64,000 nucleotides of DNA from Sulfurovum sp. UBA5198 (GCA_002412865.1 DHVW01000007.1:7806-71805), one strand, 5' to 3'; counted from the stretch's first letter, positions 22,305 through 31,780 are shown. The notes: generated by a model from the sequence alone, not told the origin. Translations and numbers: made by a program.

Positions 22305-22595
22305 TTTTTGAAAAACAAATAGATGCTCGTGCATAATAAGTAAAAAGTTTGCTTCTTTGCTTTTATTTACCCAAAATCCAGTGGCTTTGCAATTATGTTG
22401 TTGCTTGATAATATCTTCCTTTAAAACAAATCCTGCATTTAAAAACCTTTGCATGACCATAAATGCTAGTGGTTGATACATTTTATTTCGTCTTGTGTCG
22501 CCCATGAGAATAGCACAAAATTTATTTGGCTTCGAGATTATAACGAGTTCAGCAGTTAAGATTAAAATAATTAAATTCTTTACTTGCAAGTTCAA
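22296..22595 (-). pseudogene. C-terminal remnant of a SAM-dependent DNA (N4/N6) methyltransferase
   Basis: The last ~75 aa (AILMGDTRRNKMYQPLAF...GFVLKEDIIKQQHNCKATGFW...FLLIMHEHLFVFQK) resemble the C-terminal end of a methyltransferase family I remember ending HEYLFVFKK. No FxGxG or DPPY motifs. The 5' part overlaps the preceding ORF. Confidence 0.35.
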
Positions 22596-23070
22596 TCCCT
22601 ATGATTTCATCAAAAGTTGTATTTTTTAGATACTCTTGATGTAGTTTTAGATTTTCAAATGCTTCATTAACATCTAAACCTTTTTCAAAACCTATTATTT
22701 GCATATTTTCTATATCAGGAGTATCTGATTCACTATTTGGTTGAAATGTTATTCCCTCAAAAGTTATAAATATAAAATCTTTGAGTAAGTTTTTTTCATT
22801 TTTCAAAATTTTATCAATAAAACCTTTTGACATCAATTCAAGAGTTTGCAAATCTAAATCTTGTAAGTCTTCCCATAATTCAAAGGTGTCATATTGTAAA
22901 TCTTCTATTAAATTTTCATAACCATCACTTGGAACTATCTCAACAAAATCGTTGTCATCATCTGTGTAACTTACATACTCTCTGTACATAATTTTAAATG
23001 GAAAGTAAAATGATGGGTTATTTAGTAAATATCTTATTATCTTTAAAGCTAATTCTCTTGTTATTGGCAT
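22549..23070 (-). CDS. hypothetical highly acidic protein co-transcribed with the DpnI-like gene
   Basis: 173 aa, D/E-rich, no TM helix or signal. The ATG directly abuts the DpnI stop (23071 / 23070). Confidence 0.5.
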   Translation of the reverse strand: MPITRELALKIIRYLLNNPSFYFPFKIMYREYVSYTDDDNDFVEIVPSDGYENLIEDLQYDTFELWEDLQDLDLQTLELMSKGFIDKILKNEKNLLKDFIFITFEGITFQPNSESDTPDIENMQIIGFEKGLDVNEAFENLKLHQEYLKNTTFDEIIGIELASKEFNYFNLNC

Positions 23071-23835
23071 TTATAGTACCTCATAATTTCCTCTTTTTGT
23101 AAATTTTAAAAATCTTTTATCTCTTAAAATTTGAAGTTGTTGTCTAATTTTTGCTTGTATATTGTTATTTTCAGGATGTTGTATTTTTAAATATTTTTCA
23201 AATTGATACATATCGCTTAAATCAAAATTTGCTCTTTGTAGCTTTTCGATACATTTAATAATATCAAGTAGCCAACCTTTAGACTGCACAGTGCTTGAGT
23301 CGTTTAGAAAACTTATTTTATCCCACTCGTCCATAATTTTATTTTTACTTTGAATTTGCTTGTCTTTAATGTAAAATATTTTTCCACTATTTGGAATGCT
23401 TGATATATCAATGTTGCACATTATATAATTTGGTTGATTTGGTATTCCTTTGCTTCTTGGTATAACCATACTGGGTACAAATAAATAACTAGGTACTGCT
23501 AAGAAATTAACTATCTCATAATTAGTTTTGTCATAATTTAAAAAGAAAAAATTTGGATTTGTTTCGCTTCTAATTCTCTCTATCATAGTATTGTAAGCAC
23601 CGTCAGCAATGGTTTTGCCAAGTACTTTACTGTTCTTACTTTTTAACTCATAGTCTTCATTGCAAATTTTGCAATAAAAATCTGCAACAGGTCTATTGTT
23701 CTCGTATTCATCAATACTATTTCCACAATTAGGGCAGTATACATGCTCGTTGACCCAATTTTCGGTCAAAACTCTTATTTTTTGAGAGTTGCTAGTATAA
23801 TTGTCACAGAGTGGAGAAAATAAATTTAAAGTCAT
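23071..23835 (-). CDS. dpnI: DpnI-family methyl-directed (G-m6A-TC) type IIM restriction endonuclease
   Basis: 254 aa, the same length as pneumococcal DpnI. Colinear blocks: YTSNSQKIRVLTENWV, YCPNCG, ENNRPVADFYCKIC, ELKSK, DGAYNTMIERI, NPNFFFLNY, GWL, and the C-terminal winged-helix IRQQLQILRDK. Confidence 0.85.
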   Translation of the reverse strand: MTLNLFSPLCDNYTSNSQKIRVLTENWVNEHVYCPNCGNSIDEYENNRPVADFYCKICNEDYELKSKNSKVLGKTIADGAYNTMIERIRSETNPNFFFLNYDKTNYEIVNFLAVPSYLFVPSMVIPRSKGIPNQPNYIMCNIDISSIPNSGKIFYIKDKQIQSKNKIMDEWDKISFLNDSSTVQSKGWLLDIIKCIEKLQRANFDLSDMYQFEKYLKIQHPENNNIQAKIRQQLQILRDKRFLKFTKRGNYEVL

Positions 23836-24020
23836 TATTTGATTGCAAAATAGAGTTCAAAAAACACTGCTCCGCCACCTAAAAATGGTTCGTGATAGTT
23901 CTCAAAAGTATTTGGAAACAGTGGCAAAAGTTGAGACATTAGCCCTCTTTTGCCTCCAACCCATTTGATAAATGGAGAATATGTTTGCATACTATTTGCC
24001 CTATCAATGCTTATAGTCAT
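23835..24020 (-). pseudogene. N-terminal remnant of a Dam-type (D12 class) N6-adenine DNA methyltransferase
   Basis: 61 codons: [22 protein letters not shown]...[15 protein letters not shown] (motif X plus FxGxG motif I), then TAA. The TAA shares 1 nt with the DpnI ATG. No DPPY region. Confidence 0.6.
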
Positions 24021-24088
24021 ATATTGCTCCCATCTTGTGATTATCTAGTAGCATTATACACATTTTTATTGGTGTAGAGATGAAATGC

Positions 24089-24107
24089 TCACACTTTATC
24101 AATCCAC
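24089..24107. repeat. right 19-bp direct repeat of the island (also the 3' end of the asnB-like gene)
   Basis: Exact match to 22286-22304. Confidence 0.9.
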
Positions 24108-25861
24108 CGACAATAACTATAAAGTGCAAAAATCTGATGTTTAAATCCACCACTTGTGGCTTTACTTAGTAAAAACTCAACCTCATCGGCATTGAAAATC
24201 TTTCTCTCATTATTTACTTTGCGTATGAGTTCCAGTTCATTCTCTTCTATGAGCCACTCCATATATGGATAGCTAAATCCTCGTTTTTTTCGTTCTATGA
24301 TTTGCTTTGGTAAATATTCATAGGCTATATCTTTGATGATGGCCTTGCTCTTGTCGCCAAACCTTATTTCAGGATCAATACTAAATGCACACTCTACCAC
24401 TCGCTCGTCTAAAAATGGGCTTCTAGCCTCCAATCCACATATCATACTAGCTCTATCTAGCTTTGGCAAGAACAAATCACCAAGCTTGATTTTCATATCA
24501 CAAAAGCTATACCAGTCAAGCTCACTGACTTGCCCACTTTTTAGAAATTCATCTCTATATTTTTGTATTATATTTTGCGAGCTATTGTCTTTGACATTTC
24601 TCTTTAAAAGCCTATTTTGTTGTAAATCAGTGAAAAGCTCCGCAGTAGACCTGAAAAGCAATGAGCCTTCTAGTGCTCTTTTGTGCCACTCCCACTCTTT
24701 GTTTTGTGAGTAGCTACTTTTGAGATGATTTAGTAACCATTTTGGATATTTAAGTTCGCTTAGTTTTTCTATTTCTATAAATTCTTTGTATGTTTTATAT
24801 CCCAAAAATAGCTCATCACTTCCATCTCCTGTAATGACTACTTTTTTGCCGTCAGTTTTGATTTTATTTAGTACGCTTAATAGTGGTAACATAGCAGGAT
24901 CGCCCAAAGGAGTTTCGAAATATCTATCTATCGTTTTGAAATTCTCAAAAAACTGCTCTTTTGTGAACACTACCTCTGTATGATTTGAGTCAATATGCTC
25001 ACTAACCATTCTAGCATATTGTGTCTCGTCATATTTGCTATATTTCTCTTCATATCCTACGCAATATGTGTCTATTTTTTGCTCTTTTGATAAAATAGCT
25101 GCAATAAGCGAGGAGTCAACTCCACCAGAGAGTAAAACTCCAAACGGAACACTAGGAATACGACATTTCACTGCATTTTTTAGTGCATCTTTTGTGGCTA
25201 TTTTGGCTTCTGATGGTGTGTGATATTTAATCTCATTTGAGAGTGGGTTAAATCTATTGGCTACTCTAATCTCTCCATCTTCAAACTCTACTTTTCCGCC
25301 AGCAGAAACACTATATATTCCAGTAAAGAATGTATCAGGAGATATAGTAGTCTGAAAGCTTAGATAGCATGGCAAAGCATCATATCTAACAACGAGGTTA
25401 CCGCCAAGTGCTTTTATCTCACTTGCAAACCAAAATGAATCTCCAAGCATTCTATAAAAAAGTGGTTTTTTGCCTACTTTATCTCTAAAAAGCTTGAGTT
25501 TTTTGCCATCATAAATAGCTATGGCATACATTCCGCTGATATGCTCTACAAACGCATCGCCATATATGCAATAATACTCATATATTACCTCTTCTTCTGA
25601 TGCATTGCTTGTACCGATTTTTTTTCCAAGCTCCCTATGATTATATATCTCTCCATTGAGTAAAATAGTAAAACTTGATTTTTCAAATATTCTAGTTGCA
25701 TTATCACAAGAGCTTGTTATGGCAAGGCGATGAATTCCAAAAAAGCTACTATCATTAGATATATAAGCACTTCCATCTTCGCCCCTATGTACTAAACTCA
25801 TATAGCTTTTTATTGTATTGTCTTTATCATGCTCCCCTATAACTCCAAATACGGCACACAC
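24089..25861 (-). CDS. asnB: asparagine synthase (glutamine-hydrolysing) family amidotransferase
   Basis: NGEIYNHRELG, PP-loop LLSGGVDSSLIA. A GTG start at 25861 gives M-C-AVFGVIGEH, the required Cys-2 Ntn nucleophile, with GGAG 8 nt upstream. The ORF-track TTG start at 25930 adds a spurious hydrophobic leader. Confidence 0.8.
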   Translation of the reverse strand: MCAVFGVIGEHDKDNTIKSYMSLVHRGEDGSAYISNDSSFFGIHRLAITSSCDNATRIFEKSSFTILLNGEIYNHRELGKKIGTSNASEEEVIYEYYCIYGDAFVEHISGMYAIAIYDGKKLKLFRDKVGKKPLFYRMLGDSFWFASEIKALGGNLVVRYDALPCYLSFQTTISPDTFFTGIYSVSAGGKVEFEDGEIRVANRFNPLSNEIKYHTPSEAKIATKDALKNAVKCRIPSVPFGVLLSGGVDSSLIAAILSKEQKIDTYCVGYEEKYSKYDETQYARMVSEHIDSNHTEVVFTKEQFFENFKTIDRYFETPLGDPAMLPLLSVLNKIKTDGKKVVITGDGSDELFLGYKTYKEFIEIEKLSELKYPKWLLNHLKSSYSQNKEWEWHKRALEGSLLFRSTAELFTDLQQNRLLKRNVKDNSSQNIIQKYRDEFLKSGQVSELDWYSFCDMKIKLGDLFLPKLDRASMICGLEARSPFLDERVVECAFSIDPEIRFGDKSKAIIKDIAYEYLPKQIIERKKRGFSYPYMEWLIEENELELIRKVNNERKIFNADEVEFLLSKATSGGFKHQIFALYSYCRWIDKV

Positions 25862-25952
25862 TCCCAAAACTCCTATACATATGATACAAAATAAGATGAT
25901 AATCTTTTTATTTGTGTTACAATACCACAAAAATATTCACAAAGCACATAAA

Positions 25953-28166
25953 ATGAAAAATTTAATTATCGTAGAATCACCAGCAAAAGCTAGAACCATA
26001 ACGACTTTCTTGGGTAAAGACTATAAAGTAGTGGCTTCAAAAGGTCATATTAGAGACCTTCCTGCATACAACTTTGGCATCAAGATAGATGAAGAGAGCG
26101 GCGATTTTTTGCCTCAATATACAGTCCCAAAAGAAGCATCAGCGACCGTTAAAGAACTAAAAGCATTAGCCAAAGATGCTGAGAACATCTTTATCGCAAC
26201 CGATGAAGATAGAGAGGGTGAGGCTATTGGATTTCATATTGCAACTGCTATTGGTAAAGAACCGCTGTCATTACCCAGAATAGTATTTCATGAGATTACT
26301 AAGTCTGCTATCAATCATGCACTTGAAAATCCACGGATTATAGATATGCAAAGTGTAGATGCACAGCAAGCCAGAAGGCTACTTGACCGCATGGTGGGAT
26401 ATAAACTATCTCCACTACTTGCTAGTAAAATACAAAAAGGTCTTAGTGCAGGGAGAGTGCAAAGCTCAACACTCAAAATCGTAGTTGACAAAGAACGAGA
26501 GATTCAAGCGTTTATTGCCGAGGAATACTGGAGTATTGATGGCGTATTTGCTCCCGATATAGAAGCTGCACTAATAAAACACAAAACCACCAAAATAGAT
26601 AAACTAACTATCACAGACAAACAAATGGCTGATGAGATAGAAAGCTCATGTATGAGTGATAAATATACTATTAGTGAAATAGAAACGAAATCTAAAAAAA
26701 GCAAAACTCCACCTCCTTTTATGACATCTACATTACAACAAAGTGCATCAACTCAATTAGGATTTTCTCCTAAAAAAACAATGATGGTAGCACAAAAGCT
26801 TTATGAAGGTGTTAAGACCGATAAAGGCGTGATGGGTGTCATAACCTACATGAGAACTGATAGTTTAAATCTTGCAAAAGAGGCAGTAGAGAAAGCTCGT
26901 GAGTACATAAATAGCAACTTTGGAGAAAAGTATCTACCTGAGCAACCACGAATTTATACAAGCAAAGCAAAGGGGGCTCAAGAAGCTCACGAAGCAATCC
27001 GCCCAACAATGGTAGAGTTTGATCCAAAAACTGCTAGCGAATATCTGGCTGCTGATGAGCTAAAGCTATATAAGCTAATTTATAATAGATTTTTAGCATG
27101 TCAAATGAATGAGGCAATTATCGAGTCACAAAATATTCTATTTGAAGGCAATGAAAATACATTTAAAGTCAATGGTAAAAGACTAATATTTGATGGTTTC
27201 TATAGGGTAACAGGATATACAGAAAAAGATAAATTATTGCCAAAACTAGAGCCAAAAAGCGTCATATTATTAAATAAAATAGTTTCACTTCAACATTTTA
27301 CAGAACCACCTGCAAGGTACAATGAAGCAAGCCTAATCAAAATGATAGAATCTCTTGGTATTGGTAGACCAAGTACATATGCCCCAACCATCTCTATACT
27401 AGAAACACGAAAATATATATCATTTGTCGAGAAAAGAATTCACCCAGATGAGAGTGCATTTTTGGTAACAAAAATGCTTGAAGAGCATTTTCCAGAAATT
27501 GTAGACAGTAGCTTTACTGCGAATATGGAAGAGAAGCTTGACCTTGTTGCAAGTGGTGAGCAGAATTGGCAAACTATTTTAAAAGAGTTCTATAATCCAT
27601 TTATGGAAAAAATAGCTGCAGGAAAAGAGAATATAATCAGCCTAAAAACTGCCACACCTACTGGCGAAAAATGCCCTGAGTGCGATAGCGAACTTCTGCT
27701 TAGAAAAGGTAGATTTGGTGAATTTATAGCATGTAGTAATTTTCCTAAATGCAAATATACAAAAAACATGGGCAAAACTGAAGGCACAGAAGAAGATGAG
27801 AATAAAGGTGAAGCCACTGACGAGAAATGTGACAAATGTGGTGCAGACATGACCATAAAAGGTGGCAAGAGAGGTAAATTCTTGGCGTGCACAGCATATC
27901 CGACTTGTAAAAATACGAAATCATTAACTGGGGCGGAAGAGATAAAGGCCCCATGTCCAGAATGTGGCGGGAAGCTAAATGAGAGGCTTGGTAAGCGTGG
28001 TAAATTTTATGGATGTAGTAATTATCCAGAATGTAATTTTATAGCAAACTTCGAGCCAATAGAACATAAATGCAAAGAGTGTGGATATATGATGGGCAAA
28101 AAAATACTTAAAACAAAAGAGTATTATGAGTGTTACAAATGCAAACACAAAGAGGATATAGTATGA
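25953..28166 (+). CDS. topA: DNA topoisomerase I
   Basis: MKNLIIVESPAKARTI (TOPRIM), an active-site Tyr region, and four C-terminal CxxC...CxxC zinc ribbons. The ATG at 25953 is preferred over the ORF-track start at 25818. Confidence 0.95.
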   Translation: MKNLIIVESPAKARTITTFLGKDYKVVASKGHIRDLPAYNFGIKIDEESGDFLPQYTVPKEASATVKELKALAKDAENIFIATDEDREGEAIGFHIATAIGKEPLSLPRIVFHEITKSAINHALENPRIIDMQSVDAQQARRLLDRMVGYKLSPLLASKIQKGLSAGRVQSSTLKIVVDKEREIQAFIAEEYWSIDGVFAPDIEAALIKHKTTKIDKLTITDKQMADEIESSCMSDKYTISEIETKSKKSKTPPPFMTSTLQQSASTQLGFSPKKTMMVAQKLYEGVKTDKGVMGVITYMRTDSLNLAKEAVEKAREYINSNFGEKYLPEQPRIYTSKAKGAQEAHEAIRPTMVEFDPKTASEYLAADELKLYKLIYNRFLACQMNEAIIESQNILFEGNENTFKVNGKRLIFDGFYRVTGYTEKDKLLPKLEPKSVILLNKIVSLQHFTEPPARYNEASLIKMIESLGIGRPSTYAPTISILETRKYISFVEKRIHPDESAFLVTKMLEEHFPEIVDSSFTANMEEKLDLVASGEQNWQTILKEFYNPFMEKIAAGKENIISLKTATPTGEKCPECDSELLLRKGRFGEFIACSNFPKCKYTKNMGKTEGTEEDENKGEATDEKCDKCGADMTIKGGKRGKFLACTAYPTCKNTKSLTGAEEIKAPCPECGGKLNERLGKRGKFYGCSNYPECNFIANFEPIEHKCKECGYMMGKKILKTKEYYECYKCKHKEDIV

Positions 28167-29020
28167 TGCCAAATGAAGTTTTTTTATGCTCGATTAATAA
28201 TATTCTAAGCGGTAGCTGCGGAGAAGATTGTTCATTTTGCACCCAAAGTTCCCGTTATCACGCCGATATCGAGAAGTATACACTAAAGCCGATTGAGACA
28301 ATTGTTGCAGAAGCTAAAGTGGCCAAAAGTGTTGGTGCATTAGGATATTGTCTTGTTACAGCTGGTAGAGGTTTAGATGAGCGTAAAACTGAATATATAG
28401 CTAAGGCAGCAACTGCAATCAAAAATGAAATAGATGGTCTAAATTTAATAGCTTGCAATGGACTTGCCACAAAAGAACAGTTAAAATTCCTAAAAGATAG
28501 TGGTGTAGATAGCTACAATCATAACCTTGAAGCATCACAATCATATTATGCCACCATATGTACAACTCATAGCTGGGCTGAACGATATGAGACTTGTGAA
28601 AATGTAAAATCAGTAGGCTTGTCTTTATGCACAGGTGGGATTTTTGGTATGGGCGAGAGTGAAGGCGATAGAATAGAGCTTATTAAGTCTGTCATTTCAC
28701 TATCTCCCGATTCGGTTACGCTTAACTTTTATCACCCAAATCCATCATTGCCAATCAAAGAGCGAAATATCTCAACCGATGAAGCACTAAAAGTTATTTC
28801 TAGAATGAAAAATGGGCTAGGTGTTGGTAAAATTTTGATGGTAGCTGGCGGCAGAGAACTTATATTTGCTGGTCGTGAGCTTGAAATGTTTAATGCTGGG
28901 GTAAATGCGATTGTTACTGGAAACTATTTGACTACCAAAGGTGATGAACCAAGTAGTGACAAAGTTATGCTAAATGCGTTAAAGCTAAGCATTGCTACAA
29001 ATTGTGATAATTTGAAATAA
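28163..29020 (+). CDS. bioB: biotin synthase
   Basis: Radical-SAM CGEDCSFC, then YNHNLE. The ATG at 28163 overlaps the topA TGA (ATGA). Confidence 0.9.
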   Translation: MMPNEVFLCSINNILSGSCGEDCSFCTQSSRYHADIEKYTLKPIETIVAEAKVAKSVGALGYCLVTAGRGLDERKTEYIAKAATAIKNEIDGLNLIACNGLATKEQLKFLKDSGVDSYNHNLEASQSYYATICTTHSWAERYETCENVKSVGLSLCTGGIFGMGESEGDRIELIKSVISLSPDSVTLNFYHPNPSLPIKERNISTDEALKVISRMKNGLGVGKILMVAGGRELIFAGRELEMFNAGVNAIVTGNYLTTKGDEPSSDKVMLNALKLSIATNCDNLK

Positions 29021-29032
29021 ATCGTTATCTCT

Positions 29033-29290
29033 CTAGTTCTCTTTTCTATTCCTATTTTGCTGTTTAAGTTCAAAATATTTTTTTTGAAGAACAGCATTAC
29101 TATTTTTTAGTTCAATAATTTTATTTGTAAGGTTTTGCTTTTCACTTCTGAGTTTAAAATATGTTAGTATAGAATTCTCTCCAAAAAGTAAAATACCAAG
29201 ATAAATACCCAAAAAAGCGATGACAGAGCCAATGATTAAAAATCTTCTATCAATGGTGTCTGATATTAAAGCAAATATTCTATGAATCAT
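29033..29290 (-). CDS. FtsB/DivIC-like septum formation initiator (small bitopic coiled-coil protein)
   Basis: 85 aa. One TM helix followed by a heptad-like region (LRSEKQNLTNKIIELKNSNAVLQKKYFELK). Immediately downstream of eno. Confidence 0.5.
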   Translation of the reverse strand: MIHRIFALISDTIDRRFLIIGSVIAFLGIYLGILLFGENSILTYFKLRSEKQNLTNKIIELKNSNAVLQKKYFELKQQNRNRKEN

Positions 29291-29298
29291 AAGTTACT

Positions 29299-30573
29299 TT
29301 AAAAAAGTTTATTGCCCAAATATTCAGACCCTTCAAATGTTAGCTCCCGTTCAATCTCAAGAAGTCTATTGTATTTAGCAACCCTATCGCTTCTAGCAGT
29401 CGATCCTGTTTTAATCTCACCAGTATTCAAAGCAACAGCAAAGTCCGCTATAAATGTATCTTCACTCTCGCCAGAACGGTGACTCATTACACATTTGTAT
29501 CCATTTCTTTGAGCTAATCTAACAGTTTGCATTGTTTCACTTACTGTACCTATCTGATTTGGCTTGATAAGTATAGAGTTAGCTATTCCTTTTTCAATTC
29601 CTTTTTTTAGGATATTTACATTTGTTACAAATAAATCATCTCCAACTATTTGGATCCTATTTCCAAGTCTCTCTGTCATTATCTTCCAGCCAGCCCAATC
29701 ATCTTCGCTTAATCCATCTTCGATTGAAACTATTGGATATTTATTGCACATATCTTCATAATAGCTAACTAGCTCCGCACTCGTCACTTTTCTATTTTCT
29801 GACTTTAGATTATACAATCCATTTTCGTCAACCAATTCAGAGGCTGCAACATCGAGGGCTATTGCTATCTGCTCTCCAGCTTTATATCCTGCTTTTTCAA
29901 TTGCCTGGATAATAATCGCTATTGGCTCTTCGTTATTTTTAAGATTTGGGGCGAATCCACCTTCGTCACCAACAGCCGTACTCTCACCCATATCATTAAT
30001 GATTTGTTTTAGGTGATGATAAACCTCTGCACTTGCCTGAAGTCCATCTGAGAACTTCTCAAATCCAAGAGGCATAATCATATATTCTTGAAAATCAACA
30101 GAGTTGTTTGCATGTGAACCACCATTGATTATATTCAGCATAGGAACAGGTATCAAAAGTGCATTAGCTCCACCGAGATATCTATATAGAGGTATTTTTA
30201 GAGATTTAGCAGCTGCTCTAGCTACGGCCATAGATACGCCAAGTACTGCATTTGCTCCAAGATTGGCATAATTATCAGTACCATCAAGCTCTTTCATAGC
30301 GGCATCAATCTCACCTTGCCCAAATGGGCTTGAACCTATTAATGCTTCAGCTATAACTGTATTGATATTTTCACACGCCTTAAGCACACCTTTACCCATA
30401 TAGCGACTTCCACCATCGCGAAGCTCTAACGCCTCTCTCTTGCCAGTACTAGCACCACTTGGGACTATTGCATTAACCAAAGTACCATCACTTAAGTGTA
30501 CAGTTGCTCTTACAGTTGGGTTACCTCTACTATCCATTACTTCATCAGCTCTAATATCGTCAATATATATCAT
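29299..30573 (-). CDS. eno: enolase
   Basis: 424 aa. [14 protein letters not shown] and SHRSGETED-like (SHRSGESED) motifs. Confidence 0.97.
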   Translation of the reverse strand: MIYIDDIRADEVMDSRGNPTVRATVHLSDGTLVNAIVPSGASTGKREALELRDGGSRYMGKGVLKACENINTVIAEALIGSSPFGQGEIDAAMKELDGTDNYANLGANAVLGVSMAVARAAAKSLKIPLYRYLGGANALLIPVPMLNIINGGSHANNSVDFQEYMIMPLGFEKFSDGLQASAEVYHHLKQIINDMGESTAVGDEGGFAPNLKNNEEPIAIIIQAIEKAGYKAGEQIAIALDVAASELVDENGLYNLKSENRKVTSAELVSYYEDMCNKYPIVSIEDGLSEDDWAGWKIMTERLGNRIQIVGDDLFVTNVNILKKGIEKGIANSILIKPNQIGTVSETMQTVRLAQRNGYKCVMSHRSGESEDTFIADFAVALNTGEIKTGSTARSDRVAKYNRLLEIERELTFEGSEYLGNKLF

Positions 30574-30638
30574 GTTTTACTACTCCATTAAAAATTACTT
30601 TATTTTAACGAAAGTTATCTAAAGGCTTGATTTACGGT

Positions 30639-31679
30639 CTACTCTTCTGTAGCCAAATCACCCTCACCCATTGAAAGCATATCACTCACTCCTAGTGCTT
30701 CTCTGATTTTGGCTTCTATCTCTTCGCGAAGAGGTATATTGTCTTTCAGGGTTTGTTTCGCACCCTCTTTGCCTTGCCCTAGCTTGTGAGCTCCATAACT
30801 AAACCATGCTCCAGCTTTGTCGACAATGTCAAGTTTTACACCATAATCAATGATTTCACCTTCGCTACTAATCCCTTCTCCAAACATAATATCAAATTCA
30901 GCTTGTCTAAAAGGTGGTGCTACTTTATTTTTCACAACTTTGGCTTTTACTCTATTTCCTATTGATGATTCACCCTGTTTTAGCGTTGCAATTCTTCGCA
31001 CATCTATTCTTACTGATGCATAAAATTTTAGTGCATTTCCTCCAGTTGTAGTTTCAGGTGAGCCATAGCCCATTGTTCCTATTTTCATACGAATTTGATT
31101 TATAAATATTACTGTTGTATTGGTCTTGTGTAAAACGCCAGTAAGCTTTCTTAGTGCCTGACTCATTAATCTTGCTTGAAGACCAACATGCATATCTCCC
31201 ATGTCGCCCTCAATCTCATTTTTAGGGGTTAGTGCTGCTACAGAATCCACGACTATTAGCCCAACTGCTCCGCTTCTAGCTAATGTCTCTAATATATCAA
31301 GTGCTTGCTCGCCATAATCAGGCTGTGAAACCAAAAGATTGTCTACATCCACGCCCAAATTTTTGGCATATTTTACATCAAGAGCATGTTCTGCATCAAT
31401 AAATGCACAAATCTCTCCATTCTTTTGAGCTGAAGCAGTTATCTGTAAAGCTAGTGTCGTTTTACCAGAGGATTCAGGTCCATATATCTCTATCACACGA
31501 CCTTGTGGTACCCCGCCAATTCCAAGAGCAATATCAAGACCCAACGAACCTGTGCTAATAGATTCAATCGGTTCAAAATCTTTATCGCCAAGACGCATTA
31601 GTGTACCCTTGCCAAATGATTTTTCAATCTGCTTCATAGCCATCTCTAGTGCTTTTTCTTTTTGTGCGTCCATTGCCAT
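30639..31679 (-). CDS. recA: recombinase RecA
   Basis: 346 aa. Walker [11 protein letters not shown]1/L2 loops, [10 protein letters not shown]. Confidence 0.97.
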   Translation of the reverse strand: MAMDAQKEKALEMAMKQIEKSFGKGTLMRLGDKDFEPIESISTGSLGLDIALGIGGVPQGRVIEIYGPESSGKTTLALQITASAQKNGEICAFIDAEHALDVKYAKNLGVDVDNLLVSQPDYGEQALDILETLARSGAVGLIVVDSVAALTPKNEIEGDMGDMHVGLQARLMSQALRKLTGVLHKTNTTVIFINQIRMKIGTMGYGSPETTTGGNALKFYASVRIDVRRIATLKQGESSIGNRVKAKVVKNKVAPPFRQAEFDIMFGEGISSEGEIIDYGVKLDIVDKAGAWFSYGAHKLGQGKEGAKQTLKDNIPLREEIEAKIREALGVSDMLSMGEGDLATEE

Positions 31680-31735
31680 AAACTATCCTTTAGTGTTGTT
31701 TTGTAATTCTATCGCTATTTTAATGGATTCCTAAT

Positions 31736-31780
31736 GAGCTAATGCAAAATATGTCAAATTGACATATTTTGCATTAGCTC
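31736..31780. promoter_or_regulatory. perfect 22-bp-arm palindrome upstream of recA
   Basis: GAGCTAATGCAAAATATGTCAA-A-TTGACATATTTTGCATTAGCTC, 57-101 nt upstream of the recA ATG. Its core CAAAATATGTCAAATTG recurs upstream of comM. Confidence 0.6.

Larger units (their letters stand above)
22286..24107. mobile_element. mini genomic island (about 1.8 kb) bounded by exact 19-bp direct repeats; carries a DpnI-like cassette and no recognisable mobility gene
   Basis: TCACACTTTATCAATCCAC occurs at 22286-22304 and 24089-24107. The right copy is the last 19 nt (WIDKV*) of the asnB-like gene. The interior looks more AT-rich than its flanks (not counted). Confidence 0.55.

Noticed and set aside
25818-25952. 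N-terminal 45-codon extension of topA and the TTG-initiated extension of the asnB-like gene (25862-25930)
   Set aside because: The two extensions overlap each other on opposite strands. Canonical N-termini (MKNLIIVESPAKA; M-C-AVFG) begin downstream.
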